Shown: positions 44,464 through 51,491 of the stretch, in pieces
Position numbering within the stretch: the first letter of the stretch is position 1
Layout of the letters: every line of letters begins with the position of its first letter
Virus record (IMG/VR): IMGVR_UViG_3300033475_000033
Span: 1 to 51,491 of that record
Origin: a virus
Taxonomy: Duplodnaviria; Caudoviricetes
Reading direction: 5' to 3' (one strand)
Length of the DNA: 51,491 nt
Position numbers and translations under genes: made by a program
The notes under the pieces: model-generated
Seen by the model: only the letters and a program-made list of their open reading frames with translations
Told to the model about the DNA's origin: nothing
Databases searched by the model: none

Positions 44464-47121
44464 TCACACCCCCGCCAGGGACGCGAGCTCGCGGCGCATC
44501 GTCGCGCGCTGCTCGATGTTCGGCAGCGACGAGCCGTAGAAGTGCTGGTCCACCTTCACCGTCGTCCCGCCGAGAGCGCCCGCGTTGCCGCCGGCCGATG
44601 CCGCGCCGAGGATCTGCCGGGTCTGCGCCGCGGGGATGATCTGCATGCCGCCCTGCACCGGGTAGCCGATCTCCGGCCCCTCCTCACCGAAGATCGCAGG
44701 CTCCGTGTAGGGGGCGAACCCGCCGCCCGCGTGCGCCGTCACCTTCGTCTGCGTACTGCCGACGCTGCCCGAGGTGGTCTCATACACGGTCACCGTCCCG
44801 GACGAGGAGTTGATCCGGCCCAGCAGCGTGGACAGGCCGTAGAGCGCGGGCTGCACGTTCGCACCGACCTGCACGTTCTTCGGCAGCTTGAACAGCTCGT
44901 CCGCCAACTGCTGCACCTGCTGCTTGTTGAACCCGGCCTTGTCCGCGGCGTCGATGAACGCCTGCTTCTCCTGCGCCAGCTTCGCGTTCGCGTCGTTGTA
45001 CGCCTGCGTCGCGCCCTTGGTCTGAACCTCGTTCTGGTACACCGCTCCGGCGGCCTTGTCCGCGGCGGACGCGATGTTGGTCAGGGTGGTGATGTTCGCG
45101 GCGCCCTTCGCGTTGTTCACATCCAGCGACGTGCCGTTCGCCTTCACCGCCGTGGTCAGCTGGCTCAGGGAGGTGGTGAACGCGGCCTCGGTGCCCAGCA
45201 GCGCAGCCTCCCCGCCGTTGAGTGCGGTGAGCACCGACAGGTAGGCGTTACCCTCGGTCTGCGCCAGGTTGTAGGCGGTGACCGAAGCATCCAGCGACGA
45301 GGTCAGCGCGTAGTTCGCGTTCCCCAGGTTGAGCGCGCCAATGGTGGTCAGCGCCTGGGACTGGGCATTGGCGACCAACTGCTGATGTGCGGCCGTCAGC
45401 GAGGCGTTGAACAGGGACTCCGTGTTCGTGACAGCGTTCATCGCTTTTTCGTAGTCGGTCTGCTTCGAGATCGCGTCGGCGACCTGTTTCTGCTCCGCGT
45501 ACAGCGAGTTGATCAGCTTTTGGTTCTCGGTGGTATACCGGTTCGATGCTGCTGCCGCGCCATCTGCGGCGGTCTGCGCATCCTGAAGCTCGCCACTGTA
45601 CTTGCCGGTCTGCTTCGCACCTTCGTCGGCAGCAAGCTTCTGATTGTCGATGACCTGGTTCGCCGTGTTAACGGAGGCGATCACCTGGTCCTGCGCCTGC
45701 TTGTTCCCAAGCACCGCCTCGGTCCAGGTTTGCAAGCTGACCCCTGCGTCGGCGGCCGACTTGGCCACGCCGTTCGCCTGCGACTGGGCGGCCACGTATG
45801 CAGCGGTGGCCTGTCCGGCCGCTCCGGCGTCCTTCGAGACGGCATCCTGGAGCCCCTGCTGCGAGAGGGTGACGGCGTCGGAGGCGTGCGCGGACTCCCA
45901 CAGCATCCCCGCCAGGCCCGACAGGAGCCCGACGCCGGCGCCGACGGCGATACCCCACGGGCCGCCCATCAGGTTCGACATCTTCTCCAGGCCCGTGCTG
46001 CCCGCGAGCGCCGCGCCGGAGACCTTCCCGAGTACCCCTGTAGCGTTCTCGGTCTTCGAGGCCAGGTCGAACATGCCGCTGGACGCGGACTTCAGGCCGC
46101 TTGAGATCGCCGGGTCGAGTTTCATCGCGCCGAACGCCCCGGCGAGGCCGCCGACGGTGGCGGGGCTCGCGAGGGCCTGCACGGCGGTCAGGGTGCCGTT
46201 GATGACCGGCGCGAGGCCGATCAGGTCGGCGGAGACGGCGGCCGACGCCGACCCGAGCACACTGCCGAGCGTCGAGATGACGTTCCCGGCCACCCCGAGC
46301 ACCGACTGCAAACCGGCGCCGGTCAGGTTCGCGTCCGTGGTCAGGCCGGTGAAGAACGAGCCCACCGACGAGCCCAGCGGGCCGAGTGCGTGCGCCACGT
46401 CCTGCACGTCGACCTGCGAGGCCTGCAGCGCCTGCGAGAGCCCCGGCAGCGCGGAGGTGGTGAAGCTCTCGATGCCCTGGGTTACGGCGGTGATGTCCGG
46501 CTCCGAGGCGGCGAACAGGTTCCGCAGGTCCGGCCCAAGGCTGTTGACGGTGGCGTCGAGCGAGTCGACCGCCTGCAGCATCGTCCCGGCCAGCGGCGCG
46601 GTCGCCTGCGTGAGCGCGTCGGATGCGTCCTTGCCGAGCTGCGTGTACGAGGCGGCGATCGTCGCATTGGATTTCAAGGCGAGCGCGTCGATGCCGACGA
46701 ACACGGTTCCGAGCCCGGCGAGCAGCGCGGGCGCGCCGACCGCGGTCCCGGCCAGGATCCCGGCCATGATCAGGCCGCCGCCCTGCTGACCGGCGTCCTG
46801 CGCGGCCTTCCCGTCGATGCCGACCTTGACCTTGTTCTCGTCGCCGACGAGGGCGACTCCGGCCTTCACGTCCGCGTCGAGCTTCTCGACCGCGTCGTCC
46901 TTCAGCGTCAGGCCGACATCGGCGGTGACTCCCGCGGTCGCGGCGTCGATCGCGGCGTGAACGTCCTCGCTCAGGACGAGGTCCGCATCGCCGTGCAGTT
47001 GGAGCCCGACCTCGGCCTTGACGCTGTCGGCCGCTGCGGAGACCTTGTTGCGCAGGTCGGCTTCGAACCCGGTGTCGTCCGGGCTGACGGACACGAACGC
47101 GTCAGCGATCTTGAATGCCAT
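44464..47121 (-). CDS. tape measure protein
   Basis: 885 aa Ala/Gly-rich; MAFKIADAFV start; HAGGG..GEEGPE end. Confidence 0.9.
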   Translation of the reverse strand: MAFKIADAFVSVSPDDTGFEADLRNKVSAAADSVKAEVGLQLHGDADLVLSEDVHAAIDAATAGVTADVGLTLKDDAVEKLDADVKAGVALVGDENKVKVGIDGKAAQDAGQQGGGLIMAGILAGTAVGAPALLAGLGTVFVGIDALALKSNATIAASYTQLGKDASDALTQATAPLAGTMLQAVDSLDATVNSLGPDLRNLFAASEPDITAVTQGIESFTTSALPGLSQALQASQVDVQDVAHALGPLGSSVGSFFTGLTTDANLTGAGLQSVLGVAGNVISTLGSVLGSASAAVSADLIGLAPVINGTLTAVQALASPATVGGLAGAFGAMKLDPAISSGLKSASSGMFDLASKTENATGVLGKVSGAALAGSTGLEKMSNLMGGPWGIAVGAGVGLLSGLAGMLWESAHASDAVTLSQQGLQDAVSKDAGAAGQATAAYVAAQSQANGVAKSAADAGVSLQTWTEAVLGNKQAQDQVIASVNTANQVIDNQKLAADEGAKQTGKYSGELQDAQTAADGAAAASNRYTTENQKLINSLYAEQKQVADAISKQTDYEKAMNAVTNTESLFNASLTAAHQQLVANAQSQALTTIGALNLGNANYALTSSLDASVTAYNLAQTEGNAYLSVLTALNGGEAALLGTEAAFTTSLSQLTTAVKANGTSLDVNNAKGAANITTLTNIASAADKAAGAVYQNEVQTKGATQAYNDANAKLAQEKQAFIDAADKAGFNKQQVQQLADELFKLPKNVQVGANVQPALYGLSTLLGRINSSSGTVTVYETTSGSVGSTQTKVTAHAGGGFAPYTEPAIFGEEGPEIGYPVQGGMQIIPAAQTRQILGAASAGGNAGALGGTTVKVDQHFYGSSLPNIEQRATMRRELASLAGV

Positions 47122-47124
47122 TCG

Positions 47125-47427
47125 TCACCTCCCTCCCTGCGTCGGTTCCTGGTGTGCCGCCTGTATCGCGGCCGGGTGCGCGGCCGCCCACTCTCCGAGG
47201 CTCATCGGCGCCGCCTGAGCCCGCTGCTCGCGGGCCGCCCGCTGGCGCCGGTGTACCGCCGCGATCACACCCTGATAGGCCGTGAGCCGGTAGCAGTAGG
47301 CGAAGAAGCGCGGGCCGGGCATCGTCTCGATCTCATCCACCCGGTGCAGCACCGAGAAGTCCGAGCGGATGTCGTCGAGGTGCGCCAGGGTCCAGGCGAT
47401 CTGCCCGGCCCGCGCGGTCAGTTTCCC
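47125..47427 (-). CDS. tail assembly chaperone, -1 frameshift extension
   Basis: -1 frame is open from the slippery site (..KLTARAGQIAWTLAHLDDIRSDF..) to 47125. Confidence 0.8.
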   Translation of the reverse strand, partial: GKLTARAGQIAWTLAHLDDIRSDFSVLHRVDEIETMPGPRFFAYCYRLTAYQGVIAAVHRRQRAAREQRAQAAPMSLGEWAAAHPAAIQAAHQEPTQGGR

Positions 47428-47807
47428 GGCTCCTCCAGGCGCCCGAACGCGTGCTCGGACACGATCGTGATCAGCTTGTGCCAGTCGGCATCGGTCATCT
47501 CGGCCTGCCCGAGCAGCGCGTTGAGCGCGGCGTTGCCCGCGAGCGCCTCGATCAGCACCGCGCCTCGCCTCGCCTCACTCAAGCCCTGCGTGTTCAGCAG
47601 CAGCGCGAGCGCGGTACCGGTCGGCACGACGGCCGGGACCGTGTACTCGACGCCGTCCACCTCGAACAGCGGGATCCGGTCGACCTCGGCGTCCTCACGC
47701 TTGGCGAACGACATCGGCGCGAACGGCGCCACCCGCCCCGCACCGGCCGCAGCCTTGCGCGCCGCCGGAGTACGCGCCGCACGGGCGCCACTCACCCGGG
47801 CGGTCAC
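47418..47807 (-). CDS. tail assembly chaperone
   Basis: PLFEVDGVEYTVP; between tail tube and TMP. Confidence 0.85.
   Translation of the reverse strand: MTARVSGARAARTPAARKAAAGAGRVAPFAPMSFAKREDAEVDRIPLFEVDGVEYTVPAVVPTGTALALLLNTQGLSEARRGAVLIEALAGNAALNALLGQAEMTDADWHKLITIVSEHAFGRLEEPGN
47421..47427 (-). other. programmed -1 frameshift site GGGAAAC
   Basis: XXXYYYZ heptamer in CCG GGA AAC TGA at the end of the chaperone gene. Confidence 0.85.
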
Positions 47808-48391
47808 GCGGTCTGGTCCATCACGACGTACGGGCTGACCGTGGACGAGACGTAGTAGCACTGGCCGGCGAACGCCCACACGCCGTCCTTCGTCGGGTCG
47901 TAGACGGCCTCGACCTTGGCGTTGGTGTTCATCACCTTCCGGAAGATCGCGCGCCGCTTCGCGGCACCCCCGCCGGAGATCTGCGGAGCCCAGCCGTCCA
48001 CGAGGATCGCCGAGTAGGTCGGGATCGACCCGGCGGTCATCTGGCCCGGGTCGTAGGTGGTGATCCCCGTGCCGGGCGTCGTGGTGCCGAAGTTGTTGAG
48101 CGCCACCACGAGTCGCGCCAGGGTCGGCTCGAGCATGTTGAACGTGACGACGACCTTCCGCGCGGTGATGCGCGCGCCGATCTCGTCGACGACCTGGTCG
48201 GCGCGGGTGCCGGAGACGGTCTGTTCGTCGTCCCACGACACGCCGCCCTCGGTGGCGCCGATGAACGTCCAGCCGGTCGACGGGTCGGCGATCAGTGCCG
48301 AGTTCGTGGAGGCGGGCTCGGTGACACCGAACGCGCCGTACCAGACGTTCGCCGGGCCTCGGACGGTGTTGTTCGCGACGATGGTTGCCAT
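47804..48391 (-). CDS. major tail protein
   Basis: GPANVWYGAFG..W.FIGATEGGV..DQ..EPTL. Confidence 0.85.
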   Translation of the reverse strand: MATIVANNTVRGPANVWYGAFGVTEPASTNSALIADPSTGWTFIGATEGGVSWDDEQTVSGTRADQVVDEIGARITARKVVVTFNMLEPTLARLVVALNNFGTTTPGTGITTYDPGQMTAGSIPTYSAILVDGWAPQISGGGAAKRRAIFRKVMNTNAKVEAVYDPTKDGVWAFAGQCYYVSSTVSPYVVMDQTA

Positions 48392-48392
48392 G

Positions 48393-48743
48393 TCAGGACA
48401 CTCCCGGGAGCTGGAGGACCGCCGCCGTCACCGTGGCGACGGAGGACAGGTCGATGTAGACGTTGCCGTCCGCCTGGGCGTGGCGGGACGAGAAGGGGCC
48501 GAGGAACTGCGGGGCGGTGTTGCTGGTGGGCAGCGCCACGGAGAACGGGGTGACCGACTGGCCTTCGACCGTGACCCCGAGGTTGATCGTGGCGGTCGAC
48601 GCGGTGGCGCCGTTGATGATCCCGACCACGGCCTGAGGGCTCCAGGGGAAGGAGATCCCGGTCGAACCGGTCAGGGCCGAGTAGGTGGGGTTGAGCAGCG
48701 CGTCCTTCGTGAACGTCTGCGGGGTGAGTTGCTGGCGCGCCAC
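48393..48743 (-). CDS. small virion structural protein
   Basis: Beta-rich, GPF..DG.VYID motif. Confidence 0.6.
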   Translation of the reverse strand: MARQQLTPQTFTKDALLNPTYSALTGSTGISFPWSPQAVVGIINGATASTATINLGVTVEGQSVTPFSVALPTSNTAPQFLGPFSSRHAQADGNVYIDLSSVATVTAAVLQLPGVS

Positions 48744-48744
48744 G

Positions 48745-48963
48745 TCAGGACTCCTTCGCGGTGGTGGTGGCCGCGGTGACGGTCGTTCCCGCGGTGCTCG
48801 TCTTGCCGGCCGGGGCCGGGGCGGGTAGTCCCGCTTCCTCGTAGAGGGCTGCGAGCTCGGCGGGGGTGCCGTCCCATAGCAGCCCTTGGTGCTTGTGCGC
48901 GGCGGCCTCGGCGTCGCTCATCTCGACCTCGACGGTCGGCTGGAATCGTGTTCGAACCTTCAT
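48745..48963 (-). CDS. hypothetical protein
   Basis: Coupled within the structural operon. Confidence 0.6.
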   Translation of the reverse strand: MKVRTRFQPTVEVEMSDAEAAAHKHQGLLWDGTPAELAALYEEAGLPAPAPAGKTSTAGTTVTAATTTAKES

Positions 48964-49358
48964 CAGTAGCGCTCCTGGTAGAGGGCAGGCCTGAGATAGG
49001 GCTGCTCGGGAGTGTTGCCGTGCCTCGTGTGCTCGCGGACCGGGTGCTCGCCGCCGCTCCGGCTGCGCCGCATGTGCGCCCGCACGACCTCCTCGCCGTG
49101 GAACCCGAACTCGACCGCGAGCGCGTACGGGACGGCCCCGTCGGCGTCCGGGAACGACCCGACCTGAAGCTCCGGCACACCCCCGGCGCCGCCGTCGACC
49201 GTGTAGTCGAGCGAGGCCTGCAACCGGCCGGTATCGACCGGCACGTACCGGCGGGCGTCGTCGAGGATGTCCGGGCCCAAGCGGTCCTCGAGGAACACCT
49301 GCTCGGCCTCGCGCAGATGCGCCAGCCAGTCGGGCGCCATCTCGATCCGCACGCTCAT
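48963..49358 (-). CDS. HK97 gp10-like neck protein
   Basis: PVDTGRLQAS, YALAVEFG, QPYLRPAL. Confidence 0.88.
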   Translation of the reverse strand: MSVRIEMAPDWLAHLREAEQVFLEDRLGPDILDDARRYVPVDTGRLQASLDYTVDGGAGGVPELQVGSFPDADGAVPYALAVEFGFHGEEVVRAHMRRSRSGGEHPVREHTRHGNTPEQPYLRPALYQERY

Positions 49359-49810
49359 ATCCCGCCCCCGACCCAGTTGACTTGCAGGTCGAACACGAAC
49401 CTGGCGAACGAGGAGTCGTCGGCGCCGATCCGCCGCGGCTCCGTCAGCGCATACGCGGACTGCACGAACGCCCGCTCGAACCCGGCAGGCAGGATCGCCT
49501 CCACCGGGGACTGGTAGGCGCCGTAGCAGCCCGCCACGATCCGCTCAGCGAGGTCCGCGGCCACATTCCATGGCGGCTGCTTGCTGCCCGGTGCCACGGC
49601 CCACGCCGTGACACCGACGACCGGCCGGCGCAGCGGCGCATACGGGTTCGGCGACCCGCCGACGCCCGCGACTTGCGCGAACCCGGTAGCGGCCCACGAG
49701 GACTGGTCGCCGGGCAGTTTCGTGCCGACGCCGCCCGTCTGGCCGAGGATCGCCTTGAGGAACGCGACCGCGACGAGCTCGCTGTTCGCACGGTTGAGGG
49801 TCGTAGGCAT
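49355..49810 (-). CDS. tail terminator
   Basis: SELVAVAFL..VGGSP..RPVV..PPW..A..LAE..EPRR. Confidence 0.75.
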   Translation of the reverse strand: MPTTLNRANSELVAVAFLKAILGQTGGVGTKLPGDQSSWAATGFAQVAGVGGSPNPYAPLRRPVVGVTAWAVAPGSKQPPWNVAADLAERIVAGCYGAYQSPVEAILPAGFERAFVQSAYALTEPRRIGADDSSFARFVFDLQVNWVGGGI

Positions 49811-50235
49811 CAGGGCCTCGCCTTCAGCAGCGCGAGCGCCTCGGCGAGCTGGCGGCCCTGCTCGGCGTGCTGGTCCTTCACCAGCGCGAACTCGCCGCGC
49901 AACTCGGTCAGCATCTCCCTCGAGGCGGTGTCCGCCTCGAAGTCGTGCTGCGCGAGCTCGCTCGAGATCTGGTCCGACCGCTTCGCGGCGATCAGCAGGA
50001 TCGCGCCCTGCAGCGCGGCGAGGCACGACAGGACGAGGTTGAGCAGGATGAACGGGTACGGGTCGAACCCTGACCTGCGGTTGAAGCCCATCCACACGGC
50101 GAGGAAACCGAGCGCGCAGAAGACGAACGGCCACGAGCCCATCGAGTTGCGGAGGCGGTCGGCGGCGCGCTCGCCCAGGGTCAGGTCGCCGTCGGAGCGC
50201 ACTCCGGGGTGGTGGTGCCAGCGGGCGGGCAGCAT
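49810..50235 (-). CDS. DUF1003-family membrane protein
   Basis: ERAAD..GSWPF..FDPYPFILLNLVLS..AALQ. Confidence 0.85.
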   Translation of the reverse strand: MLPARWHHHPGVRSDGDLTLGERAADRLRNSMGSWPFVFCALGFLAVWMGFNRRSGFDPYPFILLNLVLSCLAALQGAILLIAAKRSDQISSELAQHDFEADTASREMLTELRGEFALVKDQHAEQGRQLAEALALLKARP

Positions 50236-50318
50236 GCTGCGTTCGCCTCCTTCCTCTGCGGTCGGGGGTGGTGCTGGTGCGGCGGCCGGTCTGCCCGGCC
50301 TGGTGCCGCGGGTGGCGC

Positions 50319-50645
50319 TTAGCTCGTTAAGGACAGGTCTGCGGACTGGTCCTGCGACCAGAACGGGTTAGCCTGCTGATACACGTTGTCGACGATGTAG
50401 ACCTGACCGGACGCATCCCGGACCCGGTCGTCCTTCGCCAGGCCGGTACCGTTCGGCACGCGCAGCTTGAAGACCCGGACGATGCGGTCCTCGGAGTCCT
50501 TCGGCCCGTGCACGCGCTGCGAACGCTCGATGATCGACGCGGGGATCCCGGACTTCCACGGCACCGGCAGGTCGATCACGTCGCCGAAACTGTTCGTGCC
50601 CTGACCTCGCAGGATCGTGATGCTCGTCGTCGGGGTCGCGATCAT
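50319..50645 (-). CDS. head-to-tail stopper
   Basis: ITILRG..FGD..GIPASIIE..DRVRD..YIVD. Confidence 0.75.
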   Translation of the reverse strand: MIATPTTSITILRGQGTNSFGDVIDLPVPWKSGIPASIIERSQRVHGPKDSEDRIVRVFKLRVPNGTGLAKDDRVRDASGQVYIVDNVYQQANPFWSQDQSADLSLTS

Positions 50646-51439
50646 AGGTTGTTCCACGGGATCGACGACCCGGCCGTCACGCCGGTCTTCGTCAGCCGGT
50701 TCTTCTGGAACGCACTGTTGAACCTGATCGTCGAGTTCGAGCCGCGGAACAGGTCGTTGAGGATCCGCAGCGCCATCGGCGCATACAGCACCACGAGCTG
50801 CGACTGTGACGGCTTGAACGTGATCCCGATGCCGTCCTGGCTGATGGACTGAACGTCCATCATGTCCAGCACCTCGGGGTGCGCGGCCACGTACCGGGCC
50901 TGCCAGGCGGTCGCCCGCTGCAGCCAGTAGTAGTCGCGGCGCTCCGAATCGGTCACGCGCCACACGCGGCGCACAATCGCCTCGATCATCACCTGGGCGA
51001 GGTTCACGTGCTCCTGCGTCACCCGCGCGTTCGCGAACGTCAGCACGTCCGTGACGGTGCACCAGGTGCCCGGCAGCGCACCGGCCTGAGCGGGGCCGAT
51101 CAGGGTCGTGCGCAGGTCGCCGACCCATGCCGGCGTCGTGGCCGTCACGATGATCCAGTACTGCGAGGACGCGCCGGCACTGGATTCGACGACCCGGTAG
51201 CCGGTCTGCGTGCCCGCGTCCGCGGTCTGGATCGCCGCGTTCGGGGTCAGTAGCGCCGACCAGGCGCCGGTGGCCGGATCCGGTGTCGCGGTGACGGTGT
51301 CGATCGCCTCGAAGTGGCCGGCCGAGTCGAACCCGATGACCGGCTGGTCGTTGAAGTCGACGAGGGTGAGCGCGACGGAGGCGTTCGCGAGCGCGCCGAC
51401 GGCCGGGTTGACCAGCTCGCCGTTGACGGTCGTCGCCAT
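50642..51439 (-). CDS. head-to-tail adaptor with extra N-terminal domain
   Basis: WCTVTDV..AQVMIE..LQRATAWQA..SISQDG; first gene after capsid on the circle. Confidence 0.75.
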   Translation of the reverse strand: MATTVNGELVNPAVGALANASVALTLVDFNDQPVIGFDSAGHFEAIDTVTATPDPATGAWSALLTPNAAIQTADAGTQTGYRVVESSAGASSQYWIIVTATTPAWVGDLRTTLIGPAQAGALPGTWCTVTDVLTFANARVTQEHVNLAQVMIEAIVRRVWRVTDSERRDYYWLQRATAWQARYVAAHPEVLDMMDVQSISQDGIGITFKPSQSQLVVLYAPMALRILNDLFRGSNSTIRFNSAFQKNRLTKTGVTAGSSIPWNNL

Positions 51440-51491
51440 CCTTCACCCCTTCCTCGCCGATCGATGGCTGGTGGGGGTGCGTCCGCGGCCC

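Noticed and set aside
51365-51491. Terminal repeat as a biological phage end
   Set aside because: Exactly 127 bp and cuts through a gene; typical assembler overlap on a circular contig

Overview
The window is a complete, circularly assembled genome of a temperate, high-GC actinobacterial siphovirus. It is about 51,364 bp long; the first 127 bp repeat at the end. The host is probably a filamentous actinomycete but cannot be named from the sequence. Minus-strand virion and lysis genes (terminase, portal, capsid, tail with a GGGAAAC frameshift, beta-helix tailspike, GH25-like endolysin, holin) wrap across the contig ends. A minus-strand early arm carries cro, an antirepressor, a RecT-like protein, a replication initiator with iterons, two DNA methyltransferases and WhiB. 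A repressor and a large serine integrase with an apparently intact attP sit between the arms. Unusual content: (1) a Streptomyces-plasmid-type transfer cassette (divergent HTH regulator, DUF2637/Spd-like gene, TraB-like FtsK ATPase, candidate clt repeats, two spread-like membrane genes), suggesting a phage that may also move by hyphal conjugation; (2) a second, Xer-like tyrosine recombinase with a palindromic dif-like site over its own promoter; (3) a ~290-nt structured non-coding region with a tRNA-like D/T-arm core whose anticodon loop is replaced by a multi-helix domain; (4) LexA-box-like palindromes at the predicted late promoters; (5) a GT4-methyltransferase-GT2 cluster; (6) an Ig-like gene with two in-frame starts and a duplicated terminal beta-strand. 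All calls come from motif reading by eye; no searches were run.
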